A stretch of 44,962 bases of DNA, taken from assembly GCA_964529535.1 (NCBI GenBank), contig CAZGXC010000004.1, forward strand, positions 1 to 44,962. Direction: 5' to 3'. This document shows positions 18,901 through 26,953 of this stretch, piece after piece. How positions within the stretch are numbered: the first letter of the stretch is position 1; every line of letters starts with the position of its first letter. The position numbers and the translations under genes were made by a program. Under the pieces are notes generated by a model. That model had not been told where the DNA came from, searched no databases, and was given only the letters and a program-made list of their open reading frames with translations. Origin of the DNA: an uncultured Hyphomicrobiales bacterium. Lineage in GTDB: Bacteria > Bacteroidota > Ignavibacteria > Kapaibacteriales > UBA2268.

Positions 18901-20904
18901 AACAACATCTTGGCTTATGCAAAAGCAGGTAGACCAGACGATAACGTTGAAATTGAAATCACTAAAGTTGACTTTGAATTAATGGGCGGATTGAGAAACT
19001 TCAAATTCTTCACAATTGACCCTGACAGATTGAACCAAAAATTAGCTGGTAAATCATTGAAATTAAAATTAGAGCCATATTCATATATTTCTAAGGTTTC
19101 TGTCCCAGGAAAAACTGGTAAGCAATCAGAATCAAAGGATATAGCTTTCTATCAAACAAAATTCACATTAACTGATTCAGCTACAAATGAAGTGTTATTC
19201 AATTCTGTAATTAGATACACAGATGGACAAACAGATTCATATATGAATTTATTAACAGAGAATGGTTTTACAGTCTTAATGAGCGATACAGTATTAGACA
19301 AAGTATCAAACGTTATGAGCGAGTTCGGAAAACCAGAAAATACTGACAAATTCATCAAACGCGGTTCATACACAACTGGTAGATTTAACGTCCCTGGTTA
19401 CTCAGAATCATACGCTTTCACAAACGGATATGAAAACATCTTTGGATTCTCATTTGATTATGGATTCGAGCAACACGGTGGTGTAATTAGATCTCACAGC
19501 ATCGAAAAAGTAAACAATAAAAACGCTTCTACAATAGTATCTACTTTGAAAAATAGAAGCTTAACTCACGATCCAAATAAATTCGGTGACCAATGGGATT
19601 ACGCAGGAACTCAAATTACTGACGTAAGAGCAAGCTTAAATAATTATCAAAGCGCTCCAATGTATATGGCATTCCCTAAAGGCGTTGGATTCTTACCAGC
19701 AAAGAGTGGTGTGCCTAAACAATATAACTTAGGACCAGCGGATTACCAAATTACATTCAAAGAAGGTGGACGCGAAAACATCACTGTTTCATATAACAAT
19801 TCAGAGCCAGAAACAAGCACTGAAGTAACATTCGATGTTCCATACCTTACATACGAAGTTAAGAACGTATATAATGTAGATATCCAATATCCTAATTCTA
19901 AAGAAACAGTAAAATACGGATTCAATTACGAACCAATGGTATTACCTGAGACAATGAACTGGGAACCATTCACTGGAGTAGTTTCTTCAGTAAATGACAA
20001 GGGAGAAGAAGTATTGACTACAAGAAAAGTAGACATGGCGAAAGCATTCCCACACCCAAGCAATCTAAAGAGCGACGCTACTAATTTTATGGGTAAATTT
20101 AACACATTCGCAGTAGCTTACGTAAACTCTAGAAACAAAGCACTTGGTAGACCACAAGACTACAAGAACACAATCGCAGTAGAAAAAGGCAAATCATATA
20201 TCAATGATGCTCCAAATATAATTGGTAAGCAAAACAGATATTACATGTCTGCTACAAATGGCGATGCTACAATTGACTTTGTAAACGTATTGGATATAAG
20301 CGGTGCATTCTTCTTCTTAGATTATGCTCAAATGGGTAGATTCATCAAAAAAGCAGAAGAATTCCACTGGGAAGTTCCTAACGCAGATCAGAAACAATAT
20401 GGCGAAGACTTCAAAGCAGGCGATCAATTACTTGCTAAAGTTCGCGGTGGTGTATTCGGTCTTCCAATGGCGGGAGCAGAAGTTCACGCAAAAGTGAAAC
20501 CAATAGTTTCTGATAACTATACAGCAAGCCAATTAAGCAGAGTGAAAGTAGTGCCAAATCCATATTATATTTCGCACGAAGCACAGAAATCTGCTTACGA
20601 TACTAAGCTTTACTTCACAAAGTTACCAAAAGAATGCAATATAGACATATTCACAATCAATGGTGATTTAGTAAGATCAATTAAGCACGCACCAACTGAA
20701 AAAGACGACGACTTTAACTCTGGAGAAAGCCACACTGAATTCAGTAGCTACAAATTTGCAATGGAACCTTGGGACTTATACAGCTCAAACAACCAAAGAG
20801 TGCAGAGCCAGACGTTTATAGCATTAATTACGACTCCAAACGGAGAAAAACAAACAGTAAGATTCTCAGTATTAGTTGGTAGCACTAGATTGGTAACTGA
20901 CTAA
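15958..20904 (+). CDS. Large (1648 aa) secreted protein of unknown function with a T9SS-type / FlgD-Ig-like C-terminal sorting domain
   Basis: The signal peptide has no lipobox Cys (LVVGAILMFSWALAGSLYALPQ). The last ~125 aa (nt ~20527-20901: VKVVPNPYYIS...CNIDIFTINGDLVRSIKH...EPWDLYSSNNQRVQSQTFIALI...) fit the PNP(F/Y)...I.I(F/Y)...G.LV(R/K)....WD pattern of T9SS CTDs. The rest matches no family I recognise. Confidence 0.75.
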   Translation: MQNKIKLLVVGAILMFSWALAGSLYALPQNYKKTDDTEQLQAESKRIQQLYDVRKNTVSNIQFYTSNYGIFGFDVARSRGAGYWPRGSLNQYIFAGGIWFGAQKLHPDSTGQLAPKKYVSLTYNPNSAQSWMVPGRIFDYNGNEQLLANEDDVWLYRTYISTEFNRSTGKPYNAEEKYAWPIWDTESKDSGYVLKYDRYFGKFVNNPADRNTDKYKKGPAFVSEEDIFASFKDTDLNKYQIGAGKAREDGYPLKMQYEQMIYSWGFGEYKDFIFIKYDIISMSKDTLRNCWMAPIMDVDIARSPYTDAGAQNDRVKYYKPKDWEDQPDKKSVQDTLNLAFQWTMNNQGEDGKGFGYLGYDFLESPSVHKAVGEVEVIENDKKVMKNWMWSTFHEVKKGQYLPNSNQRAENDTIIGITKLVYDKALEGFVRKDKRYYETIEQLGLVSFRNWNISEDKHTADEQYNFLSDIGPNGYYRDGDTGPGDKRFMMATGPFSMLPKDTVRVVVGIILALPAVQREADGSEEDVANLKRRDMFAQKVYDNHFRAPAPPENTRFLGYKSYNNAIEVYWDSTAEMSYDPEERGLDFMGYTLYRARDPLLDTFNVNKVQADDKYAKGRGPFGWKRVESWQMPSPYIQTGIMPTPGDNKIYPSIDDFEIVGLGFEGDKMDTMSITIMKRPMGFVTISAKDRATMNDTAKYATPTIHGFYPDTNNPNPWVKYLMKFWDNNLKDVQLDPLKSYKAQYPNNVFLDNILMAKVVLNQALVSYNPLFYVEETVPAYGYMQEKLKDQQGKDSLGALTRIDLTPENMKDEALQKKLVSQYRANPEDGYYIFLYNTFRPIEINGNVKYYLTRMKPLWNTKPESWANIFKNEEWLRYAKGKFIEFMQKGMVNDVIINDSLVYDAGRAAVIEPYMTKITNGRKYYDFADDGNNNKVVETSDNSALTERILNNIDYYYKLEAYDEGDYLQPTESKKNDGSKGRSNNILAYAKAGRPDDNVEIEITKVDFELMGGLRNFKFFTIDPDRLNQKLAGKSLKLKLEPYSYISKVSVPGKTGKQSESKDIAFYQTKFTLTDSATNEVLFNSVIRYTDGQTDSYMNLLTENGFTVLMSDTVLDKVSNVMSEFGKPENTDKFIKRGSYTTGRFNVPGYSESYAFTNGYENIFGFSFDYGFEQHGGVIRSHSIEKVNNKNASTIVSTLKNRSLTHDPNKFGDQWDYAGTQITDVRASLNNYQSAPMYMAFPKGVGFLPAKSGVPKQYNLGPADYQITFKEGGRENITVSYNNSEPETSTEVTFDVPYLTYEVKNVYNVDIQYPNSKETVKYGFNYEPMVLPETMNWEPFTGVVSSVNDKGEEVLTTRKVDMAKAFPHPSNLKSDATNFMGKFNTFAVAYVNSRNKALGRPQDYKNTIAVEKGKSYINDAPNIIGKQNRYYMSATNGDATIDFVNVLDISGAFFFLDYAQMGRFIKKAEEFHWEVPNADQKQYGEDFKAGDQLLAKVRGGVFGLPMAGAEVHAKVKPIVSDNYTASQLSRVKVVPNPYYISHEAQKSAYDTKLYFTKLPKECNIDIFTINGDLVRSIKHAPTEKDDDFNSGESHTEFSSYKFAMEPWDLYSSNNQRVQSQTFIALITTPNGEKQTVRFSVLVGSTRLVTD

Positions 20905-20922
20905 TTAAATAATAAATCCGTT

Positions 20923-20944
20923 CAGCTGCCCAAAAGGGCAGCTG
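20923..20944 (+). terminator. GC-rich hairpin after the 1648-aa gene (weak terminator or processing site)
   Basis: 9-bp stem CAGCTGCCC (20923-20931) / GGGCAGCTG (20936-20944) with an AAAA loop. No T-tract follows, and the next gene starts 41 nt later with its own GGAG. Confidence 0.35.
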
Positions 20945-20984
20945 GGCTGATATAATTTAATAATAAAATGGAGATTATTTAAAT

Positions 20985-22034
20985 ATGAAACAATTTATTC
21001 ATATCATTATAATTGGAATTGCTCTAACATTTGCATCAATTAGTATTCAAGCAGAAGACACAAAAGGTTTAGATAATACCGTTGGATCTTCAAAGGGTGA
21101 ATACAAGAAAGTTGGTGCTGCAGGCTCGCAATTCTTGAAAATTCCAGTAGGAGCGAGAGGTGCAGCAATGTCTGCAAACGTCGCTGCCGTTAATGACATT
21201 TCAGCTATCTGGTGGAATCCCGCTGGATTAGCATCGGTGAAGACTACTGGTGGTTATTTCGCTAACACATGGCTTTTTGCAGATTTTAACCAAATGTTCG
21301 CGGCAATCTCATTGCCTATTTCAAGTGATTTCACAGTAGCAGCTTCGCTAAATTCATTCACCTCTGGAAACATTGAATTTACAAGCTTGCACCAAGACCA
21401 AGGTAACAAGCACTATTATCAAGTGTCTGATATGTCCGCTGCATTATCTGTAGCTGGAAATCTAACAGAAGATTTCGCTTTCGGAGTGAATATGAAATAT
21501 ATATATAATTCATTCTCTTCTCTTGAAAGCAGTGCATTTGCATTCGACGTAGGAACTCTTTACAACACAGGGTTATACGGTATTAAAATTGCATTCGCAT
21601 TATCAAATCTTGGAACAGATTTACAATATAGAGGACAAGATTTAGCTACATTAGCACCACTCTTAAAAGATATGGGTCTTGCTCCAATCGATGCAGAATT
21701 TAAAGCTGGATCATACACAATGCCGCTTGTATTTAGAGCTGGTTTAGCTTCAGAGGTCTTTAAAAATGAAGATCACGCAGTTACTGCAGCATTTGACTTT
21801 ATTACTGCTTCTGACGTTCAAGAGCAATTCGCTATCGGCGCAGAATATACGTTTAAAGACTTAATCGCAATTAGAGGCGGATACCAAATTAACCATGACC
21901 AATATGGTCTATCCGGTGGTATCGGATTTAAATATGAAATGGGTGGCGGACTTCACGCTGCTGCTGACTATTCTATCAATCCTACAAAAAGCTTAGGATT
22001 AGTAAATAGATTAAGCATTAGATTCGGATTCTAA
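20985..22034 (+). CDS. PorV/PorQ-family outer-membrane beta-barrel (PorV-like)
   Basis: Signal peptide. GAAGSQFLKIPVGARGAAMSANVAAVNDISAIWWNPAGLA matches the conserved N-terminal PorV/LptO block. Alternating beta pattern. Ends ...RLSIRFGF. GGAG lies 10 nt upstream. Confidence 0.7.
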   Translation: MKQFIHIIIIGIALTFASISIQAEDTKGLDNTVGSSKGEYKKVGAAGSQFLKIPVGARGAAMSANVAAVNDISAIWWNPAGLASVKTTGGYFANTWLFADFNQMFAAISLPISSDFTVAASLNSFTSGNIEFTSLHQDQGNKHYYQVSDMSAALSVAGNLTEDFAFGVNMKYIYNSFSSLESSAFAFDVGTLYNTGLYGIKIAFALSNLGTDLQYRGQDLATLAPLLKDMGLAPIDAEFKAGSYTMPLVFRAGLASEVFKNEDHAVTAAFDFITASDVQEQFAIGAEYTFKDLIAIRGGYQINHDQYGLSGGIGFKYEMGGGLHAAADYSINPTKSLGLVNRLSIRFGF

Positions 22035-22058
22035 TAATTTCATTATTTTTTCGTAAAT

Positions 22059-22095
22059 TGCCGTCGAGTATTTGTATGCTCGACGGCATTTTTTT
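22059..22095 (+). terminator. Rho-independent terminator
   Basis: Perfect 10-bp stem TGCCGTCGAG (22059-22068) / CTCGACGGCA (22079-22088) followed by T7 (22089-22095). Confidence 0.85.
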
Positions 22096-22116
22096 AATTA
22101 TAAACATAGTAATTAT

Positions 22117-23481
22117 ATGAAATATAAAAAGATTAGCTTAATAATTATTAGCCTTATCATTTCTGCGATTGGAATAAAAGCAGATGATTTCGGATTTAAA
22201 TATGAATTATTAAAGCTACAAAATAGCGGAGATTCAACTGAAATATTATTTAATTTCTCTTTTCCTCAAAATAAAGTAGAATTTGCGAAGCAAGGCGAAT
22301 ATTATGTCTCTAATTTAGAACTAATGTTATACCTGAAAAGTAATTCCGATACCATAAGTAAGCTATGGGAAATGTCGACGCAAGCAATAAACCCAGCAGA
22401 AAAAATGAACTTAATGTTTATTGGATCAAAAAAAATCACTGCTAAAAATGGGGAATATTCTGGCGAGATATGGCTAACTGATAAAAATGCCAATAAAACG
22501 AGTAAGTTTGAGATTAAAACATTGTCTATTCCAAGAGGGAAAAAGAATCATATCAGCGATGTGGTATTAGCCATCGATATTAAGAGAAAAGAAGAAATAG
22601 CAGGCGGGATTAATCCAGATTTCGATAGAAATGGATATTATATTCTGCCAAATACAAATGATGAAATTCAGGGAACAAAGCCAGAAATTATAGCATATAA
22701 TGAAATATATAATATACAAAATATTTCGGCATTAACATTTCAATATAATATATTAAATGGTGCGAAATCAAAGGTAATGACGGAAGCAATCAAGATAAGT
22801 AGCGATACAAGTGTTTATGCAAAATTCAATTTAGATACATTGCCAAGCGGCTTATACTACGTCGAAGCTCTTTTGCAAAATGATAAAAATCAAACAATAG
22901 AGAAAAGACAGAAGAAAATATACCTAATCAACCCTAAGCAAAAACCAAGTATTAATGTATATTTTAGTGAAGATGAAGCTTTTGAGAAAAGCGAATTTTC
23001 TACATTCAGTGAAGAAAAATGCGAAGAAGAATATAAGTATATTAATCTGATTGCTTCGAAAAATGAAAAAGAGCTATGGAAAGACATTACTGACCTAAAA
23101 GCAAAGCAAAAGTTCTATTTTAGATTTTGGGAGAACAGACGCACGGATCATAGTAGCTTAGTTAATCCAGCAAGGGAAAACTTTAAGGATAGGATAATTG
23201 AGGCGAGGAAATATTATAAAGAATTAAACAATGATGACCTATCGGATAGAGAAAAAATATATATTAAATACGGCAAGCCGATAGAAGTCCAGACAAATAC
23301 AGCCCAAGATGGGAATAGAGCATACCAAAGCTTTTTCTATTCTGATTTATACGGTGGGGCGCATTTTTACTTTGTTGATTATAAAGGCAATGGCGTGTAT
23401 ATGCTAGTGCATAGCACGATGACGGGCGAAATTCAGAACTATGATTGGGAAACACGCTTCTTAAAAGATTATAAACAATGA
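22117..23481 (+). CDS. GWxTD-domain-like protein (motif degenerate)
   Basis: Start moved to ATG 22117 (MKYKKISLIIISLIISAIGIKA signal or anchor), because the ORF-track start at 22072 lies inside the terminator stem. The C-terminal block FWENRRTDHSSLVNPARENFKDRIIEARKYY...DDLSDREKIYIKYGKPIEV...FYFVDYKGNGVYMLVHS follows the GWxTD-domain layout (FW..rDp...N...f..Ri..A...f...GWxTDRG..YI.YG.P......F.F.D..G.G.Y.L.HS). DLSD replaces GWxTD. Confidence 0.6.
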   Translation: MKYKKISLIIISLIISAIGIKADDFGFKYELLKLQNSGDSTEILFNFSFPQNKVEFAKQGEYYVSNLELMLYLKSNSDTISKLWEMSTQAINPAEKMNLMFIGSKKITAKNGEYSGEIWLTDKNANKTSKFEIKTLSIPRGKKNHISDVVLAIDIKRKEEIAGGINPDFDRNGYYILPNTNDEIQGTKPEIIAYNEIYNIQNISALTFQYNILNGAKSKVMTEAIKISSDTSVYAKFNLDTLPSGLYYVEALLQNDKNQTIEKRQKKIYLINPKQKPSINVYFSEDEAFEKSEFSTFSEEKCEEEYKYINLIASKNEKELWKDITDLKAKQKFYFRFWENRRTDHSSLVNPARENFKDRIIEARKYYKELNNDDLSDREKIYIKYGKPIEVQTNTAQDGNRAYQSFFYSDLYGGAHFYFVDYKGNGVYMLVHSTMTGEIQNYDWETRFLKDYKQ

Positions 23482-24386
23482 ACCTAAAATATAAATATTC
23501 AATCACATATTTCATTGCGATTATTGCCGGGAAATTACTTCGCTTATTTCCTCTGAAATTCAATGTAATTGCATCAAAGCTCTTTATCCGCTTAGTTTAT
23601 CCATTGTTAAATAGCCGGAAAAAAGTAGCGATTAATAACCTAAAAGCAGCATTCCCAGATTATGACGATGAGCAAATAAAGAAAATCGCCTATAAATCAA
23701 TAGAAAGTCTTGGCATAACATTTATGGAGCTGTTTTACTTGCCCAAAATGAGTCGCGAAGAAGTCATGAAATATGTAAAATTTGAAAATCCTGAGCTACT
23801 AATAAACTTATATAAAGAAGGTAGAGGATTGTTGCTATTATCCGCTCATTATGGTAATTGGGAATTTATGGCATTTGCCGGCGCCTATCATTTAAATATT
23901 GATATGCTGATACCTGTGAAGCTTCTAAAAAACTGGTTCGTGGATAGAATGGTAAATAAAATAAGAACTGCAAATGGGAATAAAATTGTAAATATGGACC
24001 GCGCTGCCTTCGAAATGCTAAAGCAATTGAAATCAGGGAAAGCAGTTGCCCTTCTGGCGGATCAATCTGCACAGGAAGATACAGATGTTTTCGTTAGTTT
24101 ATTCAATAGACCCACCCTTACATATAAAGCTCCTGCGGAATTAGCATTGAAATATAATATCCCTTTGACTATTAATTTCTGCGAGAGGCAAGATGATGGT
24201 TCGTATATAATAAAGTCTGAAGAAGTGAAGCACGACGACCTCGAATTAAATCGAGACGCTATTTTAGAATTAACGCAAAGGCACGTCTCTATGCTCGAAA
24301 AGCAGTTAATTAAGAATCCAGAACAGTGGGCGTGGGCGCACAAAAGATGGAAGCATCAGCCAAAAAATGAAATGCCAAACAGATAA
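23478..24386 (+). CDS. Lipid A biosynthesis late acyltransferase family protein (LpxL/HtrB-like)
   Basis: LLLSAHYGNWEFMA (the H.GNWE catalytic block) and VALLADQSAQEDTDVFVSLFNRPTLTYKAPAELALKYNIPL. The start overlaps the previous stop (ATGA at 23478-23481). Confidence 0.8.
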   Translation: MNLKYKYSITYFIAIIAGKLLRLFPLKFNVIASKLFIRLVYPLLNSRKKVAINNLKAAFPDYDDEQIKKIAYKSIESLGITFMELFYLPKMSREEVMKYVKFENPELLINLYKEGRGLLLLSAHYGNWEFMAFAGAYHLNIDMLIPVKLLKNWFVDRMVNKIRTANGNKIVNMDRAAFEMLKQLKSGKAVALLADQSAQEDTDVFVSLFNRPTLTYKAPAELALKYNIPLTINFCERQDDGSYIIKSEEVKHDDLELNRDAILELTQRHVSMLEKQLIKNPEQWAWAHKRWKHQPKNEMPNR

Positions 24387-24397
24387 GAGCAGATCAA

Positions 24398-25420
24398 ATG
24401 AAAGATATAATACACGATGAAGTAAAAAATATAATAGTGATACAAACGGCGTTTATCGGAGATACTGCCTTAGCTTTGTTCTTCTGTTACAACATTAAAA
24501 TTCTGTTCCCAAATGCTAAAATCACCTTTATTAGCACCCCTGTAGCGGCATCTCTAATTAGATCATGCACCATCATTGATGATTGCATCGCCTTTGATAA
24601 AAGGAAAGAATACAAGAAAATAAGAGATGTAAAGAAATTCGCAGAGAAAATCAATGAATTAAAGCCCGATATAGTCTTCTCTCTTCATAGATCATTGCGG
24701 ACATCTATATTAGTGAAGAATATTAATTCAAAGAAGAAAATTGGATTTTCCAATGCCGCAATGTCCTCCGTTTATGACATTAAATGCTCATATTATAATT
24801 ATCAGCACGAAACCCAAAAGAACAACCAATTGCTGAAGCCATTTGGATACACTGAAAGTGACGAATATCCAATATTGAATTTCAATGGGGAGAGTGAAAT
24901 CGACGGAGCTGACCAGAGTAAAGAATTAATATATTTGTCGCCGGGTTCGGTCTGGGAAACAAAACAGTGGATACCCGAATATTTCAATAAAGTAGCTAAA
25001 GAATTAGAAAACTTAGGATATCAAGTCGTGATTGGAGGAAGCGACAAAGAAATTGACTTGTGTAGCTTTGTGGCGAATGGCACCAATGCGATTAACATTG
25101 CTGGAAAGTTGAAATTAAACGAGACAATCAACGTCATCAAAAAGTGCAAATTAGTAGTCTGCAATGATAGCGCTGCTACGCACATGGCAGGTTTGGCGGG
25201 TATAAAGTGCCTCAGTATTTATGGAGCAACATCGGAGATTTTCGGTTTCTATCCAATTTCGCATGGGGCTAAGACGATAAAAAATGAGCAGATTAATTGC
25301 TCGCCATGTGCCATACACGGAGAAAGAAAATGCCCCTTGGGACACTTCAAATGTATGAGAGGCTTAGCACCAGAGACGGTAATGGAGCGAATAGCCGAAA
25401 TGTTAAAAGAAACGAATTAA
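24398..25420 (+). CDS. Glycosyltransferase family 9 protein (LPS heptosyltransferase-like)
   Basis: IIVIQTAFIGDTALAL..., LSPGSVWETKQWIPEYF, LVVCNDSAATHMAGLAG, and a C-terminal Cys-rich CSPCAIHGERKCPLGHFKCM. Starts 11 nt after the acyltransferase gene. Confidence 0.85.
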   Translation: MKDIIHDEVKNIIVIQTAFIGDTALALFFCYNIKILFPNAKITFISTPVAASLIRSCTIIDDCIAFDKRKEYKKIRDVKKFAEKINELKPDIVFSLHRSLRTSILVKNINSKKKIGFSNAAMSSVYDIKCSYYNYQHETQKNNQLLKPFGYTESDEYPILNFNGESEIDGADQSKELIYLSPGSVWETKQWIPEYFNKVAKELENLGYQVVIGGSDKEIDLCSFVANGTNAINIAGKLKLNETINVIKKCKLVVCNDSAATHMAGLAGIKCLSIYGATSEIFGFYPISHGAKTIKNEQINCSPCAIHGERKCPLGHFKCMRGLAPETVMERIAEMLKETN

Positions 25421-25447
25421 TAATAATCATCTATTAAATTCAAATCA

Positions 25448-26191
25448 CTACTTCGATTTCTCTTCTTTTTTTGGAATACCCGTTATAAAAATTCTGGCAA
25501 ATTCATATTTGGGATGATTGAATTTTAAAGTAATTGCCCCGCGGAATAACTGATTATCTGAAGGAATATACTTAATATGGACAGTTGTTTTCCCACCTGC
25601 GGGAATAGTGGTATTATTTTGTAAATCATAAGTAATAGAAGAATCCGAAGGACGCGATTCCTCCATAACAATGCTCGAATCAGTCGTGTTTATTAATTCA
25701 ATAAATTGTGTTTGCTCTACTCCCTTTTCAGAATTTTGAAATATAAGAAATTCCTTCGGGCTAATAGCTATTGGATAGACCACATAAGCCTGCAAGAATA
25801 AATAAATATTTCCCATTTCCTCAATGTTAGTCTCAATATCGATGCTTTTGCTTATGTGCCCCTTGAATCCACGCGTATTAAGCGTAAGGTGTAATATTGT
25901 TGAATCTTTTGGTGGGATTTTATAGTTCTCGAGATTCGCAGTAGTGCAACCACAGCCGGGTTTCACGTGTTTAATAAGAAGAGTATCAGTTCCATTATTA
26001 AGGATAGGAATTTTAGTAGATAAAATCTCCATATCGGGAGTAATCCTTCCCCAATCAAATATCAATTCTTCCGATACATTCTTAAATTGGATTTCCGGAG
26101 CCGCGAAAAGATTAATATTAAAGCAAATTGCAAAAATGCCGACATATAGGTAGCAATAAGGTTTACAAGCTATTGGGAGTAAATAATTCAT
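25448..26191 (-). CDS. DUF1573 domain-containing protein
   Basis: FDWGRITPDMEILSTKIPILNNGTDTLLIKHVKPGCGCTTANL is the characteristic F.FG.I......F.N.G...L.I..V...CGCT block. A second Ig-like half follows. Confidence 0.8.
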   Translation of the reverse strand: MNYLLPIACKPYCYLYVGIFAICFNINLFAAPEIQFKNVSEELIFDWGRITPDMEILSTKIPILNNGTDTLLIKHVKPGCGCTTANLENYKIPPKDSTILHLTLNTRGFKGHISKSIDIETNIEEMGNIYLFLQAYVVYPIAISPKEFLIFQNSEKGVEQTQFIELINTTDSSIVMEESRPSDSSITYDLQNNTTIPAGGKTTVHIKYIPSDNQLFRGAITLKFNHPKYEFARIFITGIPKKEEKSK

Positions 26192-26287
26192 AATAATAAA
26201 CGGTTAAAATCGTTAATGTGTTTAAGAAAAGTTGCTTCTAATTTGAAGTAGCATTAAGGTATAACGATAATTAAGACGGAAAATTTT

Positions 26288-26953
26288 ATGGTAGATTCAT
26301 TTGAAAAGAAAAGAATAAAAGTAGTGATCGCAGATGATCACGAAATGGTCAGGTCTGGAATAAAAAAAATGCTGTCAAAATCGCCAGATATTGATTTCTT
26401 GGCAGAAGCAAGAAATGGCAGAGAAGCTATTCACGTGGTAGAGATTTATGAACCCGATATTCTAATTACAGATATTATAATGCCAGGGATGACAGGCATT
26501 GAGGCGGTTAGACAATTAAGAGAAACAAACAAAGAATTAAAGATAATAATGCTTTCAGCATTAGAAGAATACAACTACATCGAAGAAGCAATAAGCGCAG
26601 GAGCCGATGCCTATTTGTCTAAAATAGTCTCTTCGAAAGAATTATTGGAAGCGATTGGCAGAGTTATTGATGGTGAAAGGGTGTTTAGTTCTTCTATAAT
26701 TAATATTATTGAAGATAAATACAGGGAATATGATATTGACAAGGAAGAGCTGATCTCTATTACTCGCAGAGAGCAAGATATATTAAACCAGATAGCACTA
26801 GGAAAGACCAATCAAGTAATCGCAGAGGAGTTGTTTATCTCTAAGCGAACAGTGGAAGTGCATAGAGCAAATATTTTGCAGAAATTGGGCATCAGTAACG
26901 CTGCAGAATTAATGAGATATGCCGTAATGAGCAGATTTAACACATATAATTAA
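26288..26953 (+). CDS. Response regulator transcription factor, NarL/FixJ (LuxR-type HTH) family; no cognate kinase in the window
   Basis: Receiver domain (KVVIADDHEMVRSGIKKML...PDILITDIIMPGMTGIEAVRQLRE...KIIMLSA) and LuxR HTH (ITRREQDILNQIALGKTNQVIAEELFISKRTVEVHRANILQKLG). Confidence 0.9.
   Translation: MVDSFEKKRIKVVIADDHEMVRSGIKKMLSKSPDIDFLAEARNGREAIHVVEIYEPDILITDIIMPGMTGIEAVRQLRETNKELKIIMLSALEEYNYIEEAISAGADAYLSKIVSSKELLEAIGRVIDGERVFSSSIINIIEDKYREYDIDKEELISITRREQDILNQIALGKTNQVIAEELFISKRTVEVHRANILQKLGISNAAELMRYAVMSRFNTYN

Noticed and set aside
22072-22116. Upstream start of the GWxTD ORF (MYARRHFFNYKHSNY...).
   Set aside because: The start codon lies inside the terminator hairpin and T-tract (22059-22095). 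The internal ATG at 22117 gives a normal hydrophobic N-terminus.
22428-22435. A8 homopolymer inside the GWxTD gene (and a similar A8 in the response regulator gene near 26362) as possible phase-variation tracts.
   Set aside because: Both reading frames are intact and the tracts simply encode Lys-Lys. There is no evidence of switching, unlike the 9545-9550 case where the frame is actually broken.
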